A DNA stretch of 64,000 nt from positions 7,150-71,149 of the forward strand of contig JALCZJ010000012.1 in the NCBI GenBank assembly GCA_022690815.1, given 5' to 3'. The stretch is from Ferrimicrobium sp. Its GTDB lineage: Bacteria; Actinomycetota; Acidimicrobiia; Acidimicrobiales; Acidimicrobiaceae. Both the position numbers and the translations under genes were made by a program. The notes below the pieces were generated by a model. The model worked only from the letters and a program-made list of their open reading frames with translations. It did no database searches and was not told the origin of the DNA. This document shows, piece by piece, positions 1 through 10,686 of the stretch (positions within the stretch are counted from its first letter, which is position 1; each line of letters opens with the position of its first letter).

Positions 1-466
1 TTGATTGACCCACTGTGACCACGAGAGCGGATTCTCAGTACCTCGACGTCGACGGCGCCGATCGCGGTAGTAATGAAACTTTGGGGACAGCCTGCCATTG
101 TGCACAGGATCCCCGCCTGGGCCCCTTCGCTCTTCGACGACGTGCGTGAGCTCTGCCTTTGGAGCGGTAGCAATCAGATGCTTTGCATGAACATCTAGCA
201 GTGCAAGGCAGAGCACCGTAGCCGGTATCGGCATTGCCATAGTTACGACGTCAGTGAGCGTAGCCGCAAAGCGAGGGGTCGTCCTGGTCACAGGATTTCC
301 TTTCCGATTGTTGTCTACCTACTGATAGACCAGAGAGGAGATCCGTACCCAACAAGGTCACTCGCCTTCAACTACTTCTTGCGCGCCCATCAGTAGACTA
401 TGCACAACCTTTCTTCAGACGTCTCAAGGCATTCGGTTTGGCGCTCGAGTCGAAGACCTTGATAGA

Positions 467-718
467 TTGAAGGACACAACCTTGACTACCATGCACGAAC
501 AGGAACGAAGACGACTAGCGGCGATTGCACTTGGGCACCGATACGTCCTGCAACCATGCCGCGATGGTTCACCTGGGGTCATGATACCCGAGTCCGATGT
601 CGCGATGTTTCCAAAGATACGCGACTACTTTTTGAGTGAGGACGCCGCCAGAACCGTGGTTCGTATCACGCTCACAAACGATGGGTTCATCGTCGTTCCC
701 CTTGAGTTACTTGGTTAG
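467..718 (+). CDS. hypothetical small protein (83 aa, TTG start; alternative ATG at codon 9)
   Basis: Supported only as an open frame. No recognisable motif or convincing SD. Confidence 0.2.
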   Translation: MKDTTLTTMHEQERRRLAAIALGHRYVLQPCRDGSPGVMIPESDVAMFPKIRDYFLSEDAARTVVRITLTNDGFIVVPLELLG

Positions 719-817
719 CTCCCTCACGCCACTATGGGGACATCTAACTACGATTGGCGAGCGACCCTGATCGCCCTGTAGCGATAAGTATCCTCGCCGT
801 GCAGTGCTCGGAGCGCC

Positions 818-2242
818 CTACTCGATCTGGGCCACAGACTCGGCTTTGGCCCGGGCCGATCTACCTGGGCGTTGGAAGCGTTGATCCGAACGATCAAGGT
901 GGTTGGTGCGGCCGACCAATCGGTGAAGTTCGCCTACGTCTCCTGGGCGAGCAAGAAAGAAGCCTTGCCCATAGGTTATTCCAATGTCGACCAGGGTATC
1001 ACGTTGTTCGAGAGTCTCGACGCCCTCCGCGATCACTTCGGCTCCGGTCTCGCGCGCAAACGTAACCAGCGCACTGGCCAGTGCTCGTCGAACGGGATGG
1101 ACATCGATCCCCCTCGTCAGCTCACGGTCAAGCTTGATGATGTCAGGCGTTACCTGCAGGAGCACCGCGAGACTCGCAAAACCCGTACCAGTATCGTCGA
1201 TTGCGATCCTCACACCGAGGTCGCGTAGGTTCTGACAGGCCTCCCGGATCCTTGGAGCATCGACGATGTTGGCATGCTCGGTCAACTCGACAACGATACG
1301 GCTGGTGTCGACCTCTCGACAGAGAGTCAAGAGTTCTTCGGTGACGAAGGTCTCGGGCCCAGCATTGATGGCCAGGCTGATCGGGGGAGGGATTTCGCCA
1401 AGCATCGCAAGAGCCTTTTGAATCGCAAAGAGCTCGAGCGTCACACCGAGGCCGACCGAAGCTGCCTCCCGGAACCAGGAGTCGGGGGTCCTTCGTGGGG
1501 CGGCATCAAAGCGAGCCAGCGCCTCCACTTCGACGATCCTGTGGGGATGTGCCAGAACCATGATCGGCTGAACGACCATGTGGAAGAGATCCTCATTCAT
1601 GACGCGCTGGATGCGTCGGCGCTTGGCAGCGCTGCGCTGACTTTCGGGCTGGAGCACGTGAGTAATGAAGGTAGCTCGTGGGTTTGTCGAGGATGGCGGT
1701 GCCCACGAAACCACACCTAGACCTTGGGTACACACGCGCTTGGCTACGTCGCCTAAGAGCTCCTCTTCCCTGGTGACTTCGACAAAGTCCAAGGCTACGG
1801 CGCTCACGCTCGCAACGAACTCACTGACCCCTGTGAGGTTTGCAACATCAAGGTCGGTGAATACATCGGGCTCCTCAGCGGCGACAAGCAGTACGCCAAA
1901 ACTTTGGGATGCACGGATCAAAGGAACAAAGATCATAGAGTTGATCCCAAGTTCACGCCAGAGCCAGGCACTGGGGTTCTGATCAACGGCTATCTGATTC
2001 AGTATCAATACACGCTGGCTTCGGATAGCTTCACCCGAGGTACTCGCATTAATGGTGAGCCGGCCATCTACCGGGCGCTTCAAGCGTCCATGTCCCATGA
2101 CTTGGACAAGAGCCCCGTCATCTTGGGCGATCTCGATGGCGACGCCGTCAGCCGCTGGGACAAGTTCGAGCGTCTCATCAAGTATTCTGGCGAAGATCGA
2201 CGAAGAGCTTCTCACCTTCCAACCGATGTGCTCGGCGCTCAT
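818..2242 (-). CDS. GAF-domain / EAL-domain cyclic-di-GMP phosphodiesterase
   Basis: C-terminal EAL signature set: EVEALARF, ELTEH, AIDDTGTGFASL, IKLDRELT, EGVET, GQGFFLARP. The N-terminal ~160 aa is GAF-like. TAG stop. Confidence 0.85.
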   Translation of the reverse strand: MSAEHIGWKVRSSSSIFARILDETLELVPAADGVAIEIAQDDGALVQVMGHGRLKRPVDGRLTINASTSGEAIRSQRVLILNQIAVDQNPSAWLWRELGINSMIFVPLIRASQSFGVLLVAAEEPDVFTDLDVANLTGVSEFVASVSAVALDFVEVTREEELLGDVAKRVCTQGLGVVSWAPPSSTNPRATFITHVLQPESQRSAAKRRRIQRVMNEDLFHMVVQPIMVLAHPHRIVEVEALARFDAAPRRTPDSWFREAASVGLGVTLELFAIQKALAMLGEIPPPISLAINAGPETFVTEELLTLCREVDTSRIVVELTEHANIVDAPRIREACQNLRDLGVRIAIDDTGTGFASLAVLLQVTPDIIKLDRELTRGIDVHPVRRALASALVTFARETGAEVIAEGVETLEQRDTLVDIGITYGQGFFLARPGDVGELHRLVGRTNHLDRSDQRFQRPGRSARAKAESVAQIE

Positions 2243-2547
2243 ACCAGCTCCTAGCTTCCTGTTCTATGCCCCTGTCACGAAGGGTCTGACGCTCCGTGCA
2301 TGCACTTCGAGTACCTACTCACTGCTTGTGATCGAGTATCGGCAAAGCACAGCCAAACATGAACGCGAGCTTACCACGACAGGCGTGCGAAGAGCCTTGG
2401 ATTGTGACTGCGCTCTTAGCCGACCTCAACACCAGACGCTGGATCGAGATGATCACCTGGTCGTTTCACCACCCGAGCGTTCTGGATCCACACCCCTAGC
2501 CACCAGGGGTGTGGATCACTGCGGTCATAATCATCGTCGTTGGCTAC

Positions 2548-5500
2548 TTACCGCCGAGGTGGCAACGGACTCAAGAGCGATGCGATATCCTCTGCACCGA
2601 ACTTCACCGAACCCGACTGTGCCTCATCGAGCACCCCTGCCGCCAACTGTGCCTTACGTTCTTGGAGTGCCACAATCTTCTCCTCGATGGTACCGGCGAC
2701 TATCAGTTTGTATACGAACACCGGCTTCGTCTGTCCAATCCGGTGAGCACGATCGGTTGCCTGGTCCTCGGCGGCTGGGTTCCACCACGGATCGAAGTGA
2801 ATGACCGTATCAGCGGCAGTGAGATTGAGTCCAACTCCCCCTGCCTTCAAGCTAATGAGAAACAACGGCACCTCACCCTTTTGAAACCGATCAACCGGAG
2901 TCCTCCGGTCCCTCGTGTCTCCGCGCAGGGTGACAAAGTCAATCTTGGCCTTCTTCAGTTCGGTGGAGATCAGGTCGAGCATCTCGGTGAATTGAGAGAA
3001 GAGCAAGATCCTGCGACCCTCTTGGAGAAGCTCGGGGATCATCTCCAAAAGCGCCGCAAGCTTAGCTGAACTCGTCACTCGCTTGGCGGTATTGCTCTTG
3101 AGGAGGCGAGGGTCACAGCAAACCTGCCGTAACTTCAGCAATGCGTCCAAGATCACGATGTGACTACGCTCTACGCCCCTGCTCACGATCTCATCACGAA
3201 TGCGCTTGTCCATCGTTGCCCGAACGGACTCGTAAAGGTCGTGCTGCGCACGTTCCATCTCAACGGCCTGTACAATGACCGTTTTTTCAGGGAGTTCGGC
3301 TGCCACCTCAGACTTGGTCCTGCGAAGGATGAACGGGCGAACCCGCTTGGCGAGCACCTCCAGCCGGGTGAGATCCTGATGAACTTCGATCGGCGTACTC
3401 CAGATCTCTCGGAAGGCGTTACGGTCACCAAGAAATCCAGGCAGGAGGATATCGAACTGCGCCCATAGCTCCATCAGATGATTCTCGATTGGAGTTCCAC
3501 TAAGACACAACCGATACGTCGCCTTGAGCTGTCGAATCGCCACTGAGGCCTTGGCGGTTGCGTTCTTCACATTCTGAGCTTCATCGAGCACCAGAAGATG
3601 AAAGACCTCTTTCTGGAGGACATTGATATCTCTCCACACGAGTGCATAGGTCGTCAAGATGAGATCATGGTCGGCGATCTCGCCGAAGAACGACTTGCGT
3701 TCGGGTCCATGAAGAGTAAGAACCTTGAGATCGGGGGCGAAGCGGGCTGCCTCATCCTGCCAGGTGTTGATGAGGCTGGTTGGCACCACCACGAGGGCCG
3801 GAGCCACCAGGCGTTCGGCCCGCTTTTCGGTAAGGATGTGCGCAAGGGTTTGCAGGGTCTTTCCGAGTCCCATGTCGTCAGCAAGAATCCCGCCAAGATC
3901 ATGCTCGCGAAGAAACTGCAGCCATGACAGGCCTTCAAGCTGGTATTGACGCAACGTCGCCTTGAGCCCCGGCGGGGCCTCGACTAAATTCGGGCCATCA
4001 TGGGCTAGCCGGGCGCCGGCCAGTCCAAGCACCTTGTCAAGCCCCGTGGTGTCCCAGGAGCCGTCATCGATCAATGTCTCCACTCGAGCCGCATCGACGG
4101 AAGATAGCCGCAAGCGATCCGAGGGGCGCGAAAAGAGATCGATCAATGTCCCTACAATATGTTTTAGCCTTCGCGCTTCAACCCCAACTCGACCGACCTC
4201 ACGCTCTTGCAAAACAATTACATCATCGTCAGCGATCATGGACAGCCCACCGGGGGTCAGCCACCGGGGGTCTCTGGCGAAGAGCTCTGTGAGAAGCTTG
4301 CCGAGATCGACTCGCCGATCATCCACAGTGATGCCGAGGTCAAGATCGAGCCAGCCATCCTGGTTTGGTTGGATATCGACATGCCAACTTGAGACCGTTT
4401 GGTAATGGTGCCGGAACTGGGGATCGATCTCGAGTTGCCAGCCATTGCTGACAAGTTCCGGGGCCGCCTCACTCATAAACTTTTCCCACCGCTTCGGGTC
4501 TGCATACCCAAAGGCGACCCGAGCAGCCTGATGACCCAATAGTTTGGAGGCCTCAGGACTCAATTGCTCAAGACCAAGTTGTGCAAGCTCTCGCAACGCC
4601 TTCTTTTCGGCCCTTTTGTTCCGAACGAGGCGCACCGTTTCTCGATCGCCATTCTCTACGATCTCCGCCGTATCATCCGGTTGGATCGCGATGTCTCCAT
4701 ACCGAAACTCAACACGAGCAAAATCGATCACGCCATCACCAAATCCGAACCTCCATCCGCTCCCTACTGCCGCACCCGAGACGCTCGTGACGACAAGTGC
4801 CGGAACTAATGGCACCTTCACCTTTGGTAGCGTGGCGGTCGGAGCCTCACTCGGAAGAGCGATCGGCTCGCGATAGCCAGACAGCACTTCCTTGGCGCTC
4901 TTGGCTTCAATCGGATTGAGCGCCGGCGCCTTCAAGATAGCGGCAACCAGCTGTGTCGGCTGCTCCGTCTGCACATGGCCGACCTCATTCGCCTCGACGT
5001 CCACATAGAGAATTTCATCTTCTGTCGACAGACACCACGCGTTCGGAGAGCCAACATCGAGGTATGGCACCTGCTCACCACTGCGCACGACCCGCCACCG
5101 TAGGGTCCCTTCCCGAGTACCTCCACTATGCAATGGATCGATACTGTTGCCTGGACCAACAAGACGGCCCGAACCAGCGAGCAACTCAAGAACCTTCGAC
5201 GCAAAGGGCCCCTCCAGACTGAAATAGTCGAGTTGATAGTCTCCAACGCGCGACGAGTCCAGCATCAGCATTTTGATGGCTTCGAAATCGGTTGCTGAGA
5301 CAAAGCTGGGACGTACTGTCAAGACATTGCGGAACGTCTTCCAAGGATCGAGCTTAGGAGCGAACCCGCCATCTGCTTGTTGTCTAGCCTTGAAGCAAAC
5401 GAGACGCGCCGGCAGCCACCCTTCGGGAGGCATGAGTTTCCATATCACGACGACGTTTGTCGTACTCTTCGTGTCGTCGGGCTTTGGCGCGATTACTTTT

Positions 5501-5886
5501 TGCAGAACCTCGAGCCACTCCTTGGCCTGGACACGGACTTCAGCTCCAGCGACAGCATGCGGGGCCTTCATGGCGACGAGCATGGTTGCAGCACCATGTT
5601 TACACCGAGTCGAAACCGGACAGCTGCAGATCGAAAGGATACGATTGCTGGCGAAATGAATTACCGTTCGATACGGAGTGGGGATCGTGCCTTGCACTCG
5701 TGCCACGATGGCATCTTCAGTGACAGACTCCAACGCTACTCTGGCAAGATAACTGCGACCCTTTGTGATCTCTCGTTCCCCGAAGTAGCTGACAGCATCC
5801 TGAAGGGTAAAGTTCAATCCATTCATTTCATCTGCCCAACCAACCGTCCGGCGCCCAGGGAGCGCCTCAAGACATCGACCTGTCAA
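2548..5886 (-). CDS. SNF2-family helicase with N-terminal SWIM zinc finger (HelZ-like)
   Basis: SWIM motif CSCPVSTRCKHGAATML. SNF2 motifs LADDMGLGKT, DEAQNVKN, LSGTPIENHLMELW, DRAHRIGQTKPV. The true start may be the internal ATG at 5826 (MNGLNFTL...). Confidence 0.9.
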   Translation of the reverse strand: MTGRCLEALPGRRTVGWADEMNGLNFTLQDAVSYFGEREITKGRSYLARVALESVTEDAIVARVQGTIPTPYRTVIHFASNRILSICSCPVSTRCKHGAATMLVAMKAPHAVAGAEVRVQAKEWLEVLQKVIAPKPDDTKSTTNVVVIWKLMPPEGWLPARLVCFKARQQADGGFAPKLDPWKTFRNVLTVRPSFVSATDFEAIKMLMLDSSRVGDYQLDYFSLEGPFASKVLELLAGSGRLVGPGNSIDPLHSGGTREGTLRWRVVRSGEQVPYLDVGSPNAWCLSTEDEILYVDVEANEVGHVQTEQPTQLVAAILKAPALNPIEAKSAKEVLSGYREPIALPSEAPTATLPKVKVPLVPALVVTSVSGAAVGSGWRFGFGDGVIDFARVEFRYGDIAIQPDDTAEIVENGDRETVRLVRNKRAEKKALRELAQLGLEQLSPEASKLLGHQAARVAFGYADPKRWEKFMSEAAPELVSNGWQLEIDPQFRHHYQTVSSWHVDIQPNQDGWLDLDLGITVDDRRVDLGKLLTELFARDPRWLTPGGLSMIADDDVIVLQEREVGRVGVEARRLKHIVGTLIDLFSRPSDRLRLSSVDAARVETLIDDGSWDTTGLDKVLGLAGARLAHDGPNLVEAPPGLKATLRQYQLEGLSWLQFLREHDLGGILADDMGLGKTLQTLAHILTEKRAERLVAPALVVVPTSLINTWQDEAARFAPDLKVLTLHGPERKSFFGEIADHDLILTTYALVWRDINVLQKEVFHLLVLDEAQNVKNATAKASVAIRQLKATYRLCLSGTPIENHLMELWAQFDILLPGFLGDRNAFREIWSTPIEVHQDLTRLEVLAKRVRPFILRRTKSEVAAELPEKTVIVQAVEMERAQHDLYESVRATMDKRIRDEIVSRGVERSHIVILDALLKLRQVCCDPRLLKSNTAKRVTSSAKLAALLEMIPELLQEGRRILLFSQFTEMLDLISTELKKAKIDFVTLRGDTRDRRTPVDRFQKGEVPLFLISLKAGGVGLNLTAADTVIHFDPWWNPAAEDQATDRAHRIGQTKPVFVYKLIVAGTIEEKIVALQERKAQLAAGVLDEAQSGSVKFGAEDIASLLSPLPPRR

Positions 5887-6172
5887 CGTTCATCGCAACC
5901 CACACCCGTTCCTCGTTTTCAATCTATCGGCACCCCAAGACGTGCTCTTGCGATCAACACAAATTACAGCCTGCAGGTGGAGATAGCGGAGCCGATTAAC
6001 AACCTCGTACCCCAAGTTGCCATCCTCCTAGGACACGACCACCAAGCCATCAACGGCACGAGGATCACAACGCGCTCTCGCGGCGAATGCTACAATCGGA
6101 GGAGGCCCCGCCCAAATGTTTTCAGTTAGCCCTAATGTTTCCAGTCGAAGGGAGGCGCACCGTGTCTGAGCT

Positions 6173-6361
6173 ATGGTCATGCCAATGAGCACCTCTCGAA
6201 CCACCGTTGTCTTCACTGTCATTCTGATAGTGGTGGTGATTGTCGGACTCGATGTCCTATTGTTGCGGCACCACTTTTGGTTGCGGCTGTTGAGCAATGT
6301 CGGCATCGTCGGACTCGTCGGCGTGTCATATGTGACCGTTGTACGGCACGGGTCCCACTGA
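6173..6361 (+). CDS. hypothetical small membrane peptide (62 aa, two hydrophobic segments)
   Basis: Open frame with the hydrophobic stretches VVFTVILIVVVIVGLDVLLL and VGIVGLVGVSYVTVV. SD spacing is poor. Confidence 0.25.
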   Translation: MVMPMSTSRTTVVFTVILIVVVIVGLDVLLLRHHFWLRLLSNVGIVGLVGVSYVTVVRHGSH

Positions 6362-6611
6362 GCAACAGCGCAACGCCACCGATCATCTGCGCACAGAATG
6401 CCCCAGTGGCGGCCAGATCAACAGACACCCACTCCAGAGGCGTACACCCTACAACCATTGTTTAAGCCAATGACCAGCCTCGGCGTTGCACGCTCGACTG
6501 CCGTGAACCGACCGCCGTGAACACTGCGGGCACTCCCGCGCGGTGACGGGCTCTGCTGGTAGCAGCTTCACCTCCCTGGCAGCCAGTCGAACGCGTTAGT
6601 TGCGACCGCTA

Positions 6612-7448
6612 TCAAACAAGCACCTCCTCCAGGAAGTCTCGCATCACCTCTTGGAACGCATCGATCTCTTCGATTTGCGGCGAGTGACCCGATTTCTCGA
6701 AGATTCTGAGGTGAGAATTCGGGATCAACGAGGCGGTTGTCTCGGCATACGAAACCGGGGTTACCCAATCAGCTCGGCCAACCGTGACAAGCGTCGGGCA
6801 CGATACACTGGCCAGCTTCGGCTTCAAGCCATAGGTAGGCATGTTGTGTTGGAAGCACCAGTTGTGTGCCTCGTGACGATAGATACCGGCATAGACCCGC
6901 TGTTGTGCCTCTATCGGGTCGTACTCGAAGTCATAGAGCGGAATGATCTCTGCCCACCGTGCCTTCAGATCATCGTCGTCGGAGATCTCGCCACGCCAGT
7001 AGCGGTTGAAGTTGTCCCAATGAATCGGTACTCGTGTCTGGCGTCGTGCGTTCTCATAGGCCCGGTCGAGATTTGTTCGATCAGGCGAGGTATCCCTCAG
7101 TATCATCGCGCGCACCCTATTTGGATAGGCGATGGCGTACTCCATGGCTATGAACCCGCCGTATGATCCTCCTGCCACAATCACCTGTTCGACCCCGAGC
7201 CACTCACGCAGCCCATCGACATCCGCTGCCCATTGCTCGTGTGAGAATGGCCCTTTGCCCTCACTCAGGCCGCAACCACGCGCGTCGCAGACGACGACCC
7301 GGACGACATCAGCCAGCGGACCAAAGGTTGCCTTAGGTTCAGCCAGCGATCCGATACCGCCACCACCGTGATGTGCGATCAACACCGTCAGATGGTCATC
7401 TCCTAGTATTTCGACATTTAACTCATTATCATTGATTTTGATTCGCAT
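6612..7448 (-). CDS. alpha/beta hydrolase (proline-iminopeptidase-like)
   Basis: HGGGG oxyanion-type loop, nucleophile elbow GGSYGG, C-terminal GHSP motif. Last gene of the peptidase operon. Confidence 0.85.
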   Translation of the reverse strand: MRIKINDNELNVEILGDDHLTVLIAHHGGGGIGSLAEPKATFGPLADVVRVVVCDARGCGLSEGKGPFSHEQWAADVDGLREWLGVEQVIVAGGSYGGFIAMEYAIAYPNRVRAMILRDTSPDRTNLDRAYENARRQTRVPIHWDNFNRYWRGEISDDDDLKARWAEIIPLYDFEYDPIEAQQRVYAGIYRHEAHNWCFQHNMPTYGLKPKLASVSCPTLVTVGRADWVTPVSYAETTASLIPNSHLRIFEKSGHSPQIEEIDAFQEVMRDFLEEVLV

Positions 7449-7513
7449 TATGCATCCTCTCCGTCATCTGCCGATAGTCAGTCCGGGCATCGACCGTCTC
7501 CGCATCATGACCC

Positions 7514-8761
7514 CTAGCTTGGCCATACCGATCCCAACGCCCGATAGATATTGCCACCGAGCATTGCCCGGATGTCATCATCGTTGAATCCATGTTTGAC
7601 GAGCCAATTTGTGATGTTGCCAAAGTTCTCTGTCGGATTTTCCAGCCCGTCAACATAGGGAACTGGTTCGTAAGGAGGAGCCGATCGTCGACCGCCGATT
7701 CCTAGCAAGGAACCGAAGACGTTGTGCATTTGCACGTGATCGCCATAGAGCGTGTCTGGCCCAAACGCGACATGCTCGATACCAACAAGATCAATACAGT
7801 AGAGCAGGTGATCCATGACTGAATCGATCGAATGCCGTGGATGTCGCACCGAAATCGTGGTGTGCGGTGCTGCCGACATCCCGATCACTCCGCCAGTCTC
7901 TGCTACCGCACGTAACACGCTGTCTGGCTTCATCCTTGGAGTGTCCCAGACCGCCCGCGCTCCGGCATGCGTGATGAAGACGGGTGCTTCGCTGTGCTGA
8001 CAGGCATCGAGTGCCGTTCGATCAGATGAGTGTGAAACGTCAATAGCCATGCCTACCTGGTTCATGCGACGAACCGCACGGCGCCCAAACGTCGTCAGGC
8101 CACCGTCGGTGACCTCGTTCAGCCCACTGCCAAGCGCATTCGAGTCTGAGTACGCGATACCAAGCTGTCGAATGCCCAAGCCAAACAAGATATCGATGCG
8201 ATCGATCTCGTTTTCGATCGGCATCGCACCTTCGAGGCCAAAGACGATCCCAACCTGACCGGACTGGTAGATCCAATCGATATCTCCCAAGCTCCGGACC
8301 GGCACTACCTCTTGCTGATGGGCGATATCCGCAAGTCGATGACCCAGATCTGCGATGACGTCATTCCAACGCCACGGCGCCCTGCCCGTCACACAGGCAG
8401 TGCCGTCCATCATGTTGTCAAAGACAACGTTCATGCCCGACGCCGCCAGACCCGCATACGCTGTGTACTGACGGCCTCCTCGATAGTGTTCGGGAGTCTC
8501 CTCCATGTGCAACGGAAAGCGAACCGGATGATCATGGAAACTTATCACCAGACTCTCGTTCAACAACCGCTCAGCACGGACGCGCTCTTGGGGTGTGAGA
8601 TCATCCACATACGGAGGAACACGACCGAACTCGGGCGCCAACACAATCGCCGACAGACCTGAATCCGCCCCCAGATACGCATAGGCCTCATAGGGCTTTG
8701 CGTCCATCTCTGCTCGACTACCCAACCCGGTCGGGCGATCCTGTTGTGCCATGGCCCTCAC
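7514..8761 (-). CDS. membrane (renal-type) dipeptidase, peptidase family M19
   Basis: SFHDHP metal-binding motif, VSHSS and ITHAGAR segments typical of M19. Its start overlaps the stop of the upstream M20 gene by 4 nt. Confidence 0.9.
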   Translation of the reverse strand: MRAMAQQDRPTGLGSRAEMDAKPYEAYAYLGADSGLSAIVLAPEFGRVPPYVDDLTPQERVRAERLLNESLVISFHDHPVRFPLHMEETPEHYRGGRQYTAYAGLAASGMNVVFDNMMDGTACVTGRAPWRWNDVIADLGHRLADIAHQQEVVPVRSLGDIDWIYQSGQVGIVFGLEGAMPIENEIDRIDILFGLGIRQLGIAYSDSNALGSGLNEVTDGGLTTFGRRAVRRMNQVGMAIDVSHSSDRTALDACQHSEAPVFITHAGARAVWDTPRMKPDSVLRAVAETGGVIGMSAAPHTTISVRHPRHSIDSVMDHLLYCIDLVGIEHVAFGPDTLYGDHVQMHNVFGSLLGIGGRRSAPPYEPVPYVDGLENPTENFGNITNWLVKHGFNDDDIRAMLGGNIYRALGSVWPS

Positions 8762-10166
8762 TCACCTCTCGCTACTTGGCGCTCTCCTGGATCCCCGAGA
8801 TACTCCCCTTGGGCGAGCAGCCGCCAAAGCTGCTCCCAGGCCATCATCCCCTCACGCAAGCGCCGGACCCTCAGGTACTCGTTCGGTGCATGTAGCTTCT
8901 CGTCGGCGGTTGAGAACGAGAAGAACAGCGTCTTGGCACCCAGATGCTCCTCGAACAGCGTCACCGGCGGGAGCGTTCCTGCAATCTTGGCAAGCAGAAT
9001 CTCCTGATCAGGGTAGACCATTTCGAGCGCGGCCTTCGCCGCCCCGATCGCAGGGTGATCAGCGGCAATTGTATATGCCGGAATCCGTGGGGCATCGACC
9101 TTGACGCGAATGGTGACCCCAGGCAGCACCAGACGATTGAAGTGGGCCTGGATCGCCGCAACCACCGCATTCGGATCCTGTCCAGGTACCAGACGGCAGG
9201 AGATGTTGGCGACGGCGACATGGGGGATGACCGTGTATTTCCCTCCAGCCCTGACTCCGTTGACTTCGAGTGTTGGTCGTTCCCACAGTCGCTCCAGCAG
9301 CGAATAGCCCGCCTCGCCTACCCCACTAGCTAGTCCCAAATCATCGAGGAAACGCGCTTCATCAAAGGCGACCGCAGCGATCTGACGACGGCGATCGGCG
9401 TCAGGTTCGTCGACGCCGTCATAGAACCCAGCGACCGCAACGCTTCCATCCTTATGGTGAAGCCCCGCGATAATCTCGCCAAGGACATGGATCGGGTTTG
9501 GAACAACGCCACCGAATCGCCCAGAGTGTAGATCGTCGCGAGCTCCCTCAACCTCGATATCCATCGATACGAGACCCTTTGAGCCAACAGATAACGATGG
9601 CTCATCTGGCCGCCACATAGCCCCATCAGCCGAAATGACAAGGTCCGCAGCCAATGCCCCGACATTTTCAACCACAAACGAAGAAAGGTGAGGGCTGCCA
9701 ATCTCCTCCTCTCCCTCGAATAGAAATTTGACGTTGATTGGTAGGCAACCTTCTTGTGCCAGAAAAGCTTGTGCCACTTTGAGCACGAGATAGACGGGAC
9801 CTTTGTCATCAGTCACGCCGCGTCCCCGCACGATTTCACCCTCACGGGTCAGCGTAAAGGGGTCGCTCTGCCACTCGCTGAGGTCACCAGGTGGCTGAAC
9901 GTCATAATGACCGTAGATCAAATAGGTGCTCCTATGGCACCCATCCACTCACCGACCACGACAGGGTTTCCATCGGTCTCAACGAGATGAGCTCTGGCGA
10001 ACGAGAGCTGCTTGACGAGCCACTGGGCGGCTCGCCGCATTGTATCGTCGGTCGCATCCCGGCTGACACTCGGTATCGCCACATACTCTGCAAGTTCCGC
10101 AAGGTATCGGGTATCATCTGACTCGAACTCAAGCACAACGACCCACAGATGGCGCGGCGCTTGCAC
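8758..10166 (-). pseudogene. M20-family dipeptidase interrupted by a single frameshift
   Basis: ORF 9918..10166 encodes the N-terminus (...IPSVS...GEWMGAIGAP). ORF 8758..9948, in another frame, continues with TYLIYGHYDVQPPGD...RGVTDDKG. The frames switch within 9916..9932 (minus strand: ggagcacctatttgatc). Confidence 0.7.
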
Positions 10167-10359
10167 CTAAACAACTCACCTCTCGGAGGCGGGTCAGCTG
10201 AAGACCTCGCGCTCGATTGAACCTATTTGCCATGGCAGTTCCACCCCTTGCCCCGTTGGTACCCTCCGATACAGATGCGTTGCGATGTGCGTTTTTGCAC
10301 CCAGGAGAGAACACCGTCTCGATCGCGAGGCGATGAACTCATAACTGCGCCATCCATAT

Positions 10360-10377
10360 TTGTACTATTTCATACAA
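10360..10377. promoter_or_regulatory. candidate GntR/FadR-type operator (TTGTA-N8-TACAA) in an AT-rich divergent promoter region
   Basis: Near-palindrome ttgtactatttcatacaa fits the generic t.GT-N-AC.a GntR half-site logic. A second palindrome, TGGTACCA, lies at about 10413..10420. Confidence 0.25.
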
Positions 10378-10686
10378 CTAGAGTCTACCATGTAATTTAT
10401 TGACCATCCATTTGGTACCAGCCGGTGGTGTGCGAAGGCTTCGTACCTTCGTGCTCGACACCGCAGCTCGCAAATCCACCACGAGGCCAGGTCGGTCTCG
10501 GCCTACACCACCTGGGACCGCTCATCGATGGCGGGATCGGGTTTGCACCGCCGATCTTTACTCACCCACACCCAACTGCTCAACACTCAACACTCAAGGG
10601 ATACCTGAACGGAACCAACGCAGCGACGGCCATCACGTTAAACCGTTCCATCGTCGCAGTTCGCCACTGGACACAATCGATTACCA

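Noticed and set aside
1-290. A minus-strand frame open to the window edge, with GTG at 290 preceded by ggaaaggaaa.
   Set aside because: The frame is incomplete. The translated sequence (…HYYRDRRRRRRGTENP…) is not protein-like enough, and open frames are frequent in this G+C range. It was not reported as a feature.
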